Assembly: GCA_964016885.1 (NCBI GenBank)
Contig: OZ024759.1
Span: 19,592,001 to 19,656,000 of the forward strand
Direction: 5' to 3'
From: Eledone cirrhosa
Lineage: Eukaryota
Length of the DNA stretch: 64,000 nucleotides
Shown here: in pieces, positions 51,072-63,960 of the stretch
How positions within the stretch are numbered: position 1 is the first letter of the stretch
Layout: the number at the start of each line of letters is the position of its first letter
Program-made: the position numbers and the translations under genes
Notes under the pieces: generated by a model
What the model saw: the letters and a program-made list of their open reading frames with translations, nothing else
Told to the model about the DNA's origin: nothing
The model's database searches: none

Positions 51072-51705
51072 GTTTGTTGTTTAGCCCTGAGTCAGCCGTG
51101 TTCTACCAAACCAATGATGATCGCGATCCATTCCGCATACTTCAACAGCGTTCTTATAAATATTGCCTGTACAGGTATTCAAAGTGTGTACACATTTTTG
51201 GGGACGCCCTGTGTGTGTGTGTGTGTGTGTTGCAGCTGCTGTTATTGGTGTTGTTTAGCCCTGAGTCAGGCATGGTCGACCAAGCCAATGATCGCTATCC
51301 ATTCCTTTAACTTGAGGTATGTGTGTATGTATGTGTGTGTGTGTGTGTGTGTGTGTTGTTGTTGTTGTTGTTGTTGTTTAACCCTGAGTCAGCCATGCTC
51401 GACCAAACCTATGATGGCAATTCATTCCACTCTGGCGGCCAGCATGCCATTATATTTAAGACATCCCGTCGAGGTTAACTTTGCCTTTCATCCTTACGGG
51501 GTCGATAAAATAAAGTACCAGTGATGCACTGGGTGATTGCTGGCCTTGTGCCAAACGTAGAAACAATTATATTTAAGACATTGTGTGTAGCTGTGGGGTG
51601 GGGCTGGATGACTGCTGTGAATATTTAGCTGCTATTTCGAGCAAATGCAACGACCCCATAGAGGCTAGTTCATTGAGTCGTACGTTGATATTATTTAGTA
51701 AGCTT

Positions 51706-51746
<41 letters not shown>

Positions 51747-51991
51747 TATGTATATATATATGTGTGTGTGTGTATAGGTATGTGTATATATGAATATATA
51801 TATATATATATATAACAAAGAAAGTGTGGTAAGATACTAGGTGGACCATAACGTACCAGAGTACTAGATACTTGGGGTTGTAGAGTGGGTAACAGGAAAA
51901 TAGTCAGGACCCCGACGGTAGAGCTTCCAACAGTAATGGTTGCATTGTTTAAGGATATGTCAATATTTATTTATAAAACTGCTCTATATTA

Positions 51992-52056
51992 TATTTTATC
52001 TGATGAAAGCACACCATAATTTAACTTGGTGTCCTTGAAATATGTATAATGAAATA
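51992..52056 (+). ncRNA. Type I hammerhead ribozyme (loop III TATGTA)
   Basis: TATTTTAT-CTGATGA-AAGCACACCA taatttaact TGGTGTCCTT-GAAA-TATGTA-TA|ATGAAATA. Confidence 0.85.
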
Positions 52057-52184
52057 AATATGGTTTTATAAATATAGTTTCCATTTGTTAATATATCGTA
52101 TTTTTACTCCAATAATTTGTTGAGTGCTTTATATCAGTTATAAAAATATTTGCTTGTTGTATCCCAACAATTTAAATAGAACTT

Positions 52185-52241
<57 letters not shown>

Positions 52242-52334
52242 TTAAGGTAAACAGAAATAACAACACAATCAGTACAGTATATGGAAGGAATATATTAGGT
52301 TAACGCTTGAAATAGCAGGAAGAGAGTCTTAACG

Positions 52335-52586
52335 TATATATATAGTCGAGCAGATGTGTATGTATAAGTATATGTATGTGTATATATATATGTATATAGA
52401 CGATCATATGTGTATGTATGTATGAATATTCATATGTATATGTGTGTGTATATATGTATATAGACGATCGTATGTGTATGTATGTATGTATAAGTATATA
52501 TATATATATGAATATAGTCGATCATATATGTATGTGTGTATATATATATATGTATATAGTCGATCATATGTGTATGTATGTATGTA

Positions 52587-52617
<31 letters not shown>

Positions 52618-52733
52618 GTATATAGTCGATCATATGTGTATGTATGTATGTATGTGTGTATATATATGTATATTGTCGATCATGTGTATGTGTGTCTGTG
52701 TATATATATGTATATAGTCGATCATACTTGTAT

Positions 52734-52785
<52 letters not shown>

Positions 52786-52895
52786 GATCATATGTGTATG
52801 TATGTATAAGTATATATATATATATAGTCGATCTTGTGTGTATATATATATATATATGTATATAGTCGATCTTATGTGTATGTGTGTGTATATAT
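52335..52895. repeat. Compound minisatellite with TATATAGTCGATCATATG core and variable (TA)/(TATG) spacers
   Basis: Direct reading. Confidence 0.85.
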
Positions 52896-53186
52896 ATCCA
52901 CTTTCGCTTATTTCAGTCTGGTAAATCTTTTTATCGATCTCCGTCTATCGATTAGCCGAATTACGTTTATATATATTTGTATGTGTGTGTGCTCAAAGTA
53001 AAGGGAAGCAACAAAAACAAACAACACAGTACAACGAAGAAATATATTAGTTTCAACTCTTCACTTGATATATGAGAAGAGGGTTGGTTGTTCGTGTTGG
53101 GATGTAGTATTATGGGTATGAATTATAAATAACATTTATTGGTGGAGGTGGGTCCCACAGCATGTAGGGCTGCTGCGTTTGTTATA

Positions 53187-53262
<76 letters not shown>

Positions 53263-53267
53263 CTGTG

Positions 53268-53345
53268 TATTTTGCCTGAGGAGGAAATGTTTTGCTTCAG
53301 GTTTTACATAAAACCTTACATCTTCGTAATATATATAATGAAATA
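53268..53345 (+). pseudogene. Degenerate hammerhead (CUGAGGA; GAAA changed to GTAA)
   Basis: TATTTTGC-CTGAGGA-GGAAATGT...ACATCTTC-GTAA-TATATA-TA|ATGAAATA. Confidence 0.65.
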
Positions 53346-53653
53346 AATTGAGATGATATAAAGTATATATCTTTCGTTAGCCTTACGGGGTCGATAAAAT
53401 AAAGTACCAGTGATGCACTGGGGTAATCGCTGGCCTTGTGCAAAAAGTAGAAAAACTATTATTATTATTATTAAGATATATAAGGGCTTCCCGAATGAAA
53501 CAGTTCTAGTCCTGTAGAAGCCATTTCTATATTAAATATTTATACTCTGCTATGTATTGGGTACCTTATTTACTGAGGTTACCCCCGATTGAATCCGGGA
53601 TATATATATATATATATATATCACTTGTCTGAGACTGGAATTTGGAATCTCAC

Positions 53654-53735
53654 TGATACCAAGGAAGCTGATAGCCTGGCATCCAATATTAGCTATATCG
53701 AGTACTGTACCCTGATTTGATGTTTGCACGGTCCT
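53654..53735 (-). CDS. Candidate coding exon RTVQTSNQGTVLDIANIGCQAISFLGI (phase 0-1)
   Basis: CTCACGTTTAG acceptor, A|GTGAGA donor. Confidence 0.35.
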
Positions 53736-53831
53736 CTAAACGTGAGCACTCCATATGCCTACGACGGTTGGAAGGCCACTGATGAAGTACAAACTTTTTC
53801 ATATGTAACCCATTTGCAACGCCGCAGCTCC

Positions 53832-53863
<32 letters not shown>

Positions 53864-54431
53864 TATATATAGTGTGTGTGTGTATATATATAGGAAAAGA
53901 ACCAGTATCCCAACGGCTGAGCTCCGGTCGTTTCGACAGCTAGATTCGAACTATCATATTACCCACTCTACTACCTTAAGTATTGAGTACTCTGGCGCGT
54001 TATGGTCCACCTGGTATCTTACCATACCCTCTTTGTTGTATATATATATATTTATCTATATATCTATCTATCTATCTATCTAGATATATATATAACCGGT
54101 AAGAGTGTCAGACACCATGAGTTACGGCCCGAGTTAAGAGAATTTTAGACAATTTGAAATCTTTTCCACCATCAATTGTTAAAAAAGCAAGTTAAGATCA
54201 TTTAGTCGTCCATTCGTAACGTACGTTACGCTTTAGTTACATCCATACACACACAACTACACGTAAATATATAAACAGATACAGACAACAGAAGGAAGAG
54301 GCTGGTGAAACGCTATAGCGATGTGTGTTGCGTCCCTTTAGGGTTTGCCAGCTACATAGCCTATTAGATTATATATATATATCAATTAAAAAGTTCGTTA
54401 TTTGCTTCTAATAGTTAGAGACGTATACAGG

Positions 54432-54497
<66 letters not shown>

Positions 54498-54518
54498 ATG
54501 TTTATACACAACACAAAC

Positions 54519-54594
54519 TGGTACACCGGTGTTGTCAATGATTTTGGTAATAACGTCTAGATCCAGGATTGGCATGACATGTATACCAGGATTA
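54519..54594 (-). CDS. Candidate coding exon NPGIHVMPILDLDVITKIIDNTGVP (phase 2-0)
   Basis: Branch-like GACTAA plus ATATACCCAG acceptor; CCA|GTTTGT donor (weak). Confidence 0.35.
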
Positions 54595-54927
54595 CTGGGT
54601 ATATTTAGTCATACAAAATAAGAAATTTATGGTTTGCATAAGAGAAACCCTATAAATTATGTTGATTACTGATACGCAGAAGTGGTTAAAGATAAAAAAA
54701 TATATATTTTTATAATTTATTTCTATGACATAATTACATAAGTGTTCAGTGTATATATATATATATATTATATATATAATAAAATCAAGGTCTAGCAATA
54801 TATATATAAGCAGAAGGGATATTCAATTTGTTGGTAATTCAACAAATATAAATGATTCAGAGCACTCGACAAGTTTTCTAGAATAAATATGGTTTTATAA
54901 ATATAGTTTCCATTTATTTAATATCCT

Positions 54928-55001
<74 letters not shown>

Positions 55002-55284
55002 GGCTCGTGGCTGACTTAGAGAATTGGATTCGCAATCGTGAGGCCGTGCATTATGTCCTTGAGCAAGACTTTTTTTCACGTTGCTCCTTCTACCTGGAGT
55101 TGCAACCGATAGCTAGTATTAGCAATTGAAACAGTTTCTTCGGTCCGATTTGACGAAAATCGATCGACTGTCGATATATATATAACAACACACACACACA
55201 CATGAGAGAGTGAGGTTGCGGTGCTGTGACAGGGGAGTGTCTGTGTGTGTGTGTATATATATATATATATACAATTATATACAG

Positions 55285-55345
<61 letters not shown>

Positions 55346-55474
55346 GGAAAGTTATATTTAAATTGTTGGGTTACAACTAGTAAATATTTATAACTGATAT
55401 AAAAGCACTCAACAAGTATTTGGAGTATATTTACGATATTAAATAAATGGAAACTATATTTATAAAACCATATT

Positions 55475-55540
55475 TATTTCATTATATATATTTCAGGGAT
55501 ATCATATTAACAATATGTTATGCCTTCTTCAGACAAAATA
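55475..55540 (-). ncRNA. Type I hammerhead ribozyme (CUGAAGA)
   Basis: Reverse complement of 55660-55725. Confidence 0.85.
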
Positions 55541-55659
55541 CAATATAGACAGTTTTATAGATAAATAGATTTGACATACCGTTCAACATCGACTTGTATT
55601 TGAAAAAGTTGATTTGAACGGTATGTCAAATCTATTTATCTATAAAACTGTCTATATTG

Positions 55660-55725
55660 TATTTTGTCTGAAGAAGGCATAACATATTGTTAATATGATA
55701 TCCCTGAAATATATATAATGAAATA
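55660..55725 (+). ncRNA. Type I hammerhead ribozyme (CUGAAGA)
   Basis: TATTTTGT-CTGAAGA-AGGCATAACATATT gtt AATATGATATCCCT-GAAA-TATATA-TA|ATGAAATA. Confidence 0.85.
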
Positions 55726-55766
55726 AATATGGTTTTATAAATATAGTTTCCATTTATTTAATATCG

Positions 55767-55798
<32 letters not shown>

Positions 55799-55849
55799 AT
55801 GTATATACATACATACATACAAACACGTGGCGTATTATTATGGTTGATG

Positions 55850-56060
55850 TGCGCAACATTTCGTTTACTAAATATGTCGATTTCATTGTTTACATTCAGT
55901 CTTCCCCTTACTAAAGGCCGCTAGAATAAGTCCTACCCCACACAATCGTACAGCCTCGCCATCGTCCGTCCACGGCGGGTGCCGGCATAAACGCCATTTT
56001 GTCCACAAAGCCCACGAAACGTTTACATAACATAACGTGTTGTCTTTGTTGTCTTAGCGA
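55850..56060 (-). promoter_or_regulatory. CpG-rich unique island, candidate promoter or first exon of the minus-strand gene
   Basis: Locally dense CpG; rc CAAAATGGCG (YY1-type/start-context motif) at about 55992-56001; ATG at 55960-55962; donors GG|GTAGGA and A|GTAAGG. Confidence 0.4.
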
Positions 56061-56070
56061 AATAATATAA

Positions 56071-56101
<31 letters not shown>

Positions 56102-57109
56102 AAACAAATCCCGCCGAGGTTGACTTAGCCTTTCATCCTTACGCGGTCGATAAAATAAAGTACTAGTAATGTACTAAGTAATTGCTGGCCTTGTGCCTAA
56201 AGTAGAAACAATTATTATAAACAAATTTTTTTTTTTTTTTTTAAATCGAAAACAAAATTCTGTAAGATTTGTAAAAGCGGCGGTGGTTGTGATGATGGTG
56301 GTGGTGGTGGTGGTGGTGGTGGTGTTAGGGAAAAACTGGGAAATTAGGGTACTGGCAGGCGGACACATACAGTGTGGTGGTGGGGAGAAGTACTGCTAGT
56401 CAGATGTACAAACAGCGGCGGCGGTTGTGATGATGATGATGGTGGTGGTGTTAGGGAAAAACTGGGAAATTAGGGTACTGGCAGGCGGACACATACAGTG
56501 TGGTGGTGACAATGTCGGATGTGGTGGGGAGAAGTACTGCTAGTCAGATGTACAAACAGTGCTGGTGGTGGTAGCGGTGTAAAGAAGGTGAAATTGGGGT
56601 GGTGGGGGGGGGGGGGTACTGACAGACAGACTGACAAATATAGTTTGGTGTGATGGTGTCGGGTGTGGTGGGTGAGTACTGACAGTCAGATGGACAAACA
56701 GTGTTGGTTGTGCCGGTGTTGATGAAGAGAAAGATTTTTTTTTGGGGGGGGGGGGGTACTGACAGACGGACAAACACGGTGTGGTGGTGAAGAGGATCGG
56801 GAGTTCTGACAGACCGAGGACAAACAAACTATGGCGGCGGTTGTGTTGAAAAGGTGACACTGGGGTATTGGCAAACAAACTGACAAACATAATGTAATGA
56901 GAGTGGTGGTTGTGGTGGTGAGAGTGATTACGAGTATGAAAGTAATTGGTAAACAGGAATAGATTAGAAACTGGGGTACCGACAGACAGACAAACAGATA
57001 GCTTGGTAGTGATGGTGGTTATATTTATATATCGATGTAATGAGAGACAGGTTAGGTTCTATCTTCTCAGTCTATCACTCTCTATATCTACCACTCTCTG
57101 TCTATCTGT

Positions 57110-57728
57110 ATATCTATCTTGCGAGCAGGACATTGAAACCGTCTTGCACGCAATTGTACACTGCCCGGGCGTAACCGACCTGTGGAACTATGCAGAACAA
57201 CTGCTGTCGCGTATGGGACAATCCAGTTGACTGCCGAGTCCATAGTAAGGATTAAACCGCCAACCTCTTTCAAAAACGAAAGAGAGGTGGCTTTCCTCTG
57301 TACAGTGGCTATGGTGGACGAGATTGAGAGGACTGAGGACAGGTGCCTTTCTCTCCGGACAACTGCTCATTCCCTTCTTTAGGTACCACTTTAGAAGGAG
57401 AATCAGGGTGGAGAGAGAGGCACTGCACCCCAGTAAATTTACTGAAAGGTGGGTGAATGTGGCAAAAATAGCCCGAGTGATTGAGCCTTCTCTGTATATA
57501 AGCCTGTAGGTTAAAGAAGAGAGCAAAAGGAAGAAGGGAACACTTGCACAACACGCTCCTGAAGTTGAGGGTTGTTCTATCGACGGAGTATTAAACCTCC
57601 CTCCTATTGGGGATTTCGATTGTTAAAGTTGTTTGTTTCAATATTTTTACACGATTGTATGCAAAATCCCCGGCATGTGTCTTTGTAGTGTCCCCTTTTC
57701 TTGTGCACCCTTGTGGCAAGTAAAGAAA
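57110..57728 (+). mobile_element. L1/Tx1-clade LINE 3' fragment (C-terminal zinc-binding region), frameshifted
   Basis: CEQDIETVLHAIVHCPGVTDLWNY matches the C-x-E-T-x2-H-x4-C motif after RT; 3' end shared with about 63290-63430. Confidence 0.75.
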
Positions 57729-57977
57729 TATATCTATCTATGTATCTGTATATCTATCTATCTATCTATCTGTCCGAATGTCTACCTATATTATTATTCT
57801 ATATATCTATTTATACGCCTGTAAATGTATCTATCTATCTATCTATCTATCTTTATGTCTGTCTGTTTATCTAGCTATCTTTATGTCTGTCTGTTTATCT
57901 AGCTATCTTGGTGTGTCTGTGTGTAAATGTATCTAATGTGTCTATTGGTTTATGTCTGTCTGTCTGTAAAATTATCT

Positions 57978-58430
57978 ACCGTATATGCCGGCGCAAAGGT
58001 CAACCCCTAAAATTCTGAGGTGTAATTTAAGTTTTGGCCTATAATCGCCGGATAAGACGACCCCCAAAAAATCAGGCAGTTGCAGGGGAAATAATTCAAA
58101 ATATTTAGTGGCACCCTCAAAGCTAAGACACTTCAGTCACAATTGAGTTCTAACTCACTAAATAAACCAGCCTAGCCTAACCTTAACGGACCTATGGTAA
58201 CTTACCCTATGAGTTACAGCAAGTCGTTGATATTATTATAATCTCTATGTTAAATATACTTAACAAATATGAGATTCAGTAGGAAATAGTTATAGTAATT
58301 GGTGTACAACGAGTGTTAGGCATGTAGTTTCAGTTTACCCCTGGTCACATATTATATTTGGTGGACAAGTTGACCCCTGGTCTTGGAGAGATATTTTTAG
58401 GCTCCAAATGTGGACTTGTACGCCGGCATG
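57978..58430. mobile_element. Degenerate Tc1/mariner-superfamily (Tigger-like) MITE; related pieces at about 60845-60870 and 61230-61355
   Basis: TACCGTATATGCCGGCG ... CGCCGGCATG inverted termini. Confidence 0.55.
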
Positions 58431-59342
58431 TCTCTGTAAATCTATCTGTTTGTCTACAATATTCCAACATGACATCCACAAGATAGCCATAACTGAAGTC
58501 GGATCATTCAACTGTTCACCATGGCTGGTAGCCTGCCCAACTTATCAGTCAACAGTCAAGTCTTTCCTGGTTTGACCTGCCAACCCAAAAGAAAGTATAG
58601 CCACATCCTATTTCAGTTAGCTACCCCTCCTCCCTCCCCTGCCCCAGGCATGTTTGTCTTTGAGAGGGTATCATCCATCATCATCATCATCATTTAACAT
58701 CTGCTTTCCCTGCTCGCAAGTGTTGCACACTGGGTCAGATTTAATGGGGGAAAAGGGAGCAGTTGTCCCGGGCCCCCTGTAACGGGGGGTGGCCACCAGT
58801 GAAGGCTGTAGCAATTTATCTGTGCCCTCAGCTGGGCTTTTTAGTTTTAGGATGGTTAGAATTTTTGAATGTATAACTATGTGTAACTTTTCAATTCCAA
58901 TTACTTGTGTGAAGCTAACTTTGATATGTAAAATTGAGAGGTTTGCAGTGTATTCTAATTTTTTATGTATGAGGGCTCTCCCAAACCTGAAGTGGCCCGC
59001 GCCCTGCAAGATCTAAATCTAACCCTGCTTGCATGTGTCTTCACAGACAGTGTGAGTTCTCAAGTGGAGCTACTAACTTTCCTGTTGGTCTGAATGGCTA
59101 CATCTTGCTTGCACATAAGTCTCAGTGATTTGGGATTAGCTCTCACCACTGCTGCTCAGGTCTACCTTGGTTTCCTTCCACTGGGATTTGCTGATACTTC
59201 TTCACCCATTCATTATGATCCATTGCACATCACATGTCTGTACTCACACAGTTTTCTTTTCTTGCATACCACTTCGGATACTTCTTAACGCTTTAGCATT
59301 TACATTACTCTCTATTACTCTCTATATATATCTCTATAGAGA

Positions 59343-59812
59343 TCGGTGTGGAAGTCGGACCTTCGTAGAGACCTGAAAATCCGCCTCTTCATTGCTGTAG
59401 TGGAGTCTGTGCTGCTGTATGGGTCTGAGACTTGGACACTGACCAAGAAACTCACTCAGATGGTGGATGGGTGCTACACGAGAATGCTGAGGATGGCTCT
59501 GAACATTAATCAGTACACACTGAGGATGAAAAACTCAGAGCTGTATGGGAGCATCCCAAAAGTCAGCTCAAAAGTGACACAGAGGAGGCTGAGGTTAGCT
59601 GGACATGCTCAGTTAACTGGACATTGCACTCAGTGCTCCTTTGGGAGCCCCTACATGGACACACTAGAAGAGGAAGACTAAGGTTAACGTATGTTGATGC
59701 CCTAAGGACAGACACTGGTCTGTTGGAGACGCAGGACATGGCAGCGATAATGAGGGACAGAGACCGCTGGAGAGAACTCGTCCATGGATCTCGGGAATTT
59801 TACCCGCCTTAG
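59343..59812 (+). mobile_element. RTE/RTE-X-type LINE 3' fragment nested in a piggyBac-like MITE copy
   Basis: WKSDL...LKIRLF...VESVLLYGSETWTLTK...DGCYTRMLRMALNI...RRLRLAGH; MITE sequence stops at about 59340 and resumes at 59813. Confidence 0.85.
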
Positions 59813-60084
59813 AATACTATTGTATTTTCACGGTAAAGGTTTTATCTCACATAGAAGTGATTAAAGATAAAAATGATATTTTGATCATTTATTTCTGTGA
59901 TATAATTATATAAATGTTCAGTACATATGTACAAATAAGATACAGGATTAAATGTATGAGATACTTTGGAGACATAACTATTCACAGGGACAAACAAACT
60001 ATGGCGGTGGTTGTGTTGAAAAGGTGAAACTGGGGTATTGGCAAACAAACTGACAAACATATATGATATATATATATGGATATA

Positions 60085-60333
60085 TCATCATCATCATCAT
60101 CATTTTACGTCCGCTTTTCCCTGCTTGCAAGGGTGGGACTGGTCTTATTCAGCACAGCATCTCTCCACTCGTCACGGTCCTTCGCCATCTCCACCGTGAG
60201 CTTCAATGATCTGAGGTCTGTTCTCACCACCTCCACCCATGTTTTTCGTCGTCTACCTCTACCACGTCTTCCTTCAACTGGCATTTCCTGGCACTTCACC
60301 TATCGGTCATCCTCCATGCGCATCACATGTCCA
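60085..60333 (-). mobile_element. RTE-clade LINE 3' end with (GAT)n tail
   Basis: [22 protein letters not shown]. Confidence 0.8.
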
Positions 60334-60496
60334 TATATATATATATATATATGGATATATATATATATGGATATATATATATGGATATATATATATGGAT
60401 ATATATATATATGGATATATATATATATGGATATATATATATATGGATATATATATATATATGGATATATATATATGGATATATATATATATATAT

Positions 60497-60570
<74 letters not shown>

Positions 60571-60694
60571 ATATATATTTATGGATATATTTATAAGTTC
60601 AGTCTTCATGTTTATCTATCCCTCTATATTTTCATCTCTCTTTCTTACCTCATCATCTTGTTGACTGTTTGACCTTCCTTCGTATCTCTGACAG

Positions 60695-60787
60695 CGTGGT
60701 CAGCCCCCAACAATGGACAGCTGGGCATGATATGGTGTTTGAAAGTCCAATTCCCAAGTTGATAACTGGCACAAGGAAAACTGTCAG
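60695..60787 (+). CDS. Candidate 93-nt symmetric exon VVSPQQWTAGHDMVFESPIPKLITGTRKTV (phase 2-2)
   Basis: CTTCCTTCGTATCTCTGACAG acceptor, CAG|GTGAGA donor; exactly one open frame. Confidence 0.5.
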
Positions 60788-60933
60788 GTGAGATATATAT
60801 ATAGATGTCGTAACTCTCTATCTATCCACCTATCTATCTATCCACCATATATACTGGCGTATATGCCGAGAAATATGTGACCGCAAAAAAAGAAAAAGAA
60901 TCTATAGTGAGATAGATTTAGACGAATATAGAT

Positions 60934-61185
60934 ATGGTATGGCCATGCGATGCGCATGAAAGGTGACTACTGGGTGAAGATGTGCCAAAAGGCCTGATGG
61001 AAGGAAGACGCAGTAGAGGAAGAACACGCAAAACTTGGGTGGAGGGGGTGAGAACTGACCCCAGATCGCTGAAGCTCACAGAGGAGATGACGAAGGACCA
61101 TGGTCAATGGAGAGATACTGTGCTGAAAAGGACCCGTCCCACCCTTGCAAGCAGGAAAAAGCAGACGTAAAATGAGGATGATGAT
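60934..61185 (+). mobile_element. RTE-clade LINE 3' end
   Basis: WYGHAMRM...EGRRSRGRTRKTWVEGV. Confidence 0.8.
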
Positions 61186-61448
61186 AGATACAATTACTGA
61201 CATTGAAGCACAGACAGCTAGATAAAAATATTTCCCCTGCCTTATTTTTTGGGGGGTCGTCTTATCCACCAATTGTAGGCCTAAACACGATTTACACCTC
61301 GGAATTTTAGATCAACCTTTGCACTGGATCGATTTGTATGCCAGCATATACTGTAGATAGACAAATAGATTTACAGAGACATATAAATAGGTAGATAGGC
61401 TGATATATTTACATATAAAGATAGATAGATAGCTAGATAGACAGACAG

Positions 61449-61498
<50 letters not shown>

Positions 61499-61506
<8 letters not shown>

Positions 61507-61972
61507 ATACTTTGGGAGGGTCATGTTGCCAATAAGAAACACACGCACCAGTTGCTTTCACTTCAATTTATTATATATTTATAAATTTCTGGTTGGTTGG
61601 TTGGTCCCACAACCAGATAGTTGTTTATATATAGTCATAGTCCTTTCGTCACACACTCTGTGACCTCTTCAGTGACTGGGGATTCCTTTCTTTGTTTCTG
61701 TGCCTCTCCTTTGTTCTGTCCTACGCCAGAGAAACAAAATGGCGTAGGACAGAACAAAGGAGAGGCACAGAAACAAAGAAAGTAATCCCCAGTCACTGAA
61801 GAGGTCAGAGTGTGTGACGAAAGAACTATGACTATATATAAACTATCTGGTTGTGGGACCAACCAACCAACCAGAAATTTATAAATTTATAAATATATAA
61901 TAAATTGAAGTGAAAGCAACTGGTGCGTGTGTTTCTTATTGGCAACATGACCCTCCCAAAGTATAACAATAT
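61499..61972. repeat. About 230 bp near-perfect inverted repeat inserted in (TA)n
   Basis: Arms 61499-61728 and 61740-61972, 11 nt spacer. Confidence 0.92.
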
Positions 61973-62051
61973 CGGTTTCAACACACGATTTCAGATAAAG
62001 AATCTTGCTAAACAAATTCAGAAACGAAATATATATATATATATCTCATTA

Positions 62052-62655
62052 CATTGCACAGATGGTTCTATAGAAATAGTGGACACCTTCCGTTACCTGG
62101 GTGACAAAATCAGCAGTGGTGGAGGGTGCTCTGAAAGTACAGTAGCTAGTCAGAACGGGATGGAAAAAGTTCAGAGAGCTTATACCACTATTGGCCGCTA
62201 AAGGTTTCTCTCTAAAAATGAAAGGCAGGCTGTATGATGCCTGCATACGAATAACAATGTTACATGGCAGTGAGACATAGGCATTACGTGCAGAGGATCT
62301 ACGCAGACTGGAGAGGAACGAAGCTTGTATGCTCTGTTGGATGTGTAATAGTAATATACGTGAACGGCAAAGCATAAATGAACTAAGTGAGAAATTAGGA
62401 ATAAGAGGGATCAGATGCTGTTTACTCGAGAGAAGACTACGTTGGAATGGTCACGTGATGCGCATGAAAGACGACAGCTGTATAAAAATGTGCAGGGCGA
62501 TAAAAATAGACGGTAGCCACGGAGTAGGCAGACCCAGATAAATCTGGGACGACTTGATAAATTCCGACCTCACACACTTACACCTCTCCCAGACAATGTT
62601 ACTGGACCGAGATCTTTGGCGCTACGCAGTAATACAGAAGACCCAATTTGCCTAA
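62052..62655 (+). mobile_element. 5'-truncated RTE-clade LINE (RT C-terminus) with frameshift and stop
   Basis: IEIVDTFRYLGDKISSGGG...WKKFRELIPLL...KGRLYDAC...MLHGSET*...RRLRWNGHVMRM. Confidence 0.9.
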
Positions 62656-62754
62656 GTACAAAGCGAAACCTACAGTCAGTAGGCACCTCTTACAAAAATA
62701 CACCCCCGTCCCACTACCCCCACCCCCATCCACACCACCCCTTTCGATGTAAAG

Positions 62755-63042
62755 TTATGTTGGTACCACAACATCCAGTCCTAAATAAATGAGGTCGTGT
62801 AGGTGTCACGACAAAAAAACACACAGTCCACATTGTAATGTGGTCGTGTAGGTAACACGGTAAAAACTTCCCAGTCTACACTGTAAACGTGGTTGGTGTT
62901 AGGAAGGGCATCCAGCCGTAGAAAACCCGCCAGACAGTCCTATACGAGCTAGACAACCACTCTTGCCTCAAGTGGGAAAATTCCCGTCCAAACCCATGCT
63001 AGCGTGGAAGATGGACGTTAAACGATGATGATGATGATGATA
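62755..63042 (+). mobile_element. Meta-domain-like SINE 3' part with (GAT)n tail
   Basis: GGTGTTAGGAAGGGCATCCAGCCGTAGAAAA...GGACGTTAAACGATGATGATG. Confidence 0.75.
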
Positions 63043-63081
<39 letters not shown>

Positions 63082-63739
63082 GTGTCGGGTGATGTGTTGT
63101 TTCCTTGAGCAAGACACTTTATTTCACATTGCTCCAGTTTACTCAGCTGTAGAAATGAGATGATAGTGATTGGGGTTCCTATCATTCCACTGCAAAGCCA
63201 TGTAACTATCTACCTATCTATCTATCTTTGGATGTCTATATATGTGATTATATATCTATCTGCCTGTCTATCTATGTATTTATCGTACTCCTGGAGATGA
63301 GGGTTGCACATTTTTTCGACTAATTTTTAAATTGCATTTGTGATAATATTTTACACGTTTTTATTGTATGTAAACTTCCTCCTCTGTATTTGTCCCCTTC
63401 TTTTGTGCCCCTGTGGCTAATAAAGAAACGTATCTATGTATTTATCTGTCTGTCTGTCTGGAGAGAGGGGTGCTGTACCCCAGCAAGTTTTATGTGTTTG
63501 GCATGTGGATGTGTCTATGTCACCACCCATTACTGGGTAGATACTCTATTTCTGCATCGACCAAGAATGGGTCTAATGCCTGTCTCTGCTCTCCTTTGAT
63601 ATATTTCTTGTGTCATAATTTTTTTTTTTTTCTGTCATCATTCCCTAGGTTGTGGGGTTGTTGCTATTCCATTTCTGATTTTCATTCAGGGTTGGTTTAC
63701 TTTCTGTAATTTGTCTAAAGTCTATCTCAAGCTAGAATG

Positions 63740-63960
63740 CTTGTTAGGCCGGTGCTTATCCTGGTTTCAAGGCATGAATCGACTGAAGGTACAATATTTT
63801 CCCCCTGGACAGGATGCCAGTCCATTGCAGGGTTAAACCCTCAGCTATTGCTGGTACTCATTTTCAGCTGAGTATACTGAAGCAACATGAAAATGAAGTG
63901 TTTTGTTCAAGAACACAACACACAACCCAGCCTAGGAATCGAACCTACAATATTATGTGT
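63740..63960 (-). mobile_element. tRNA-derived CORE-like SINE (diverged)
   Basis: rc: GGTTCGATTCCTAGGCTGGG...GTTCTTGAACAAAACACTTCATTT...ACTCAGCTGAAAATGAGTACC. Confidence 0.65.

Larger units (their letters stand above)
55432..55768. repeat. 155 bp essentially perfect inverted repeat with one hammerhead per arm
   Basis: Arms 55432-55586 and 55614-55768, 27 nt spacer. Confidence 0.93.
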
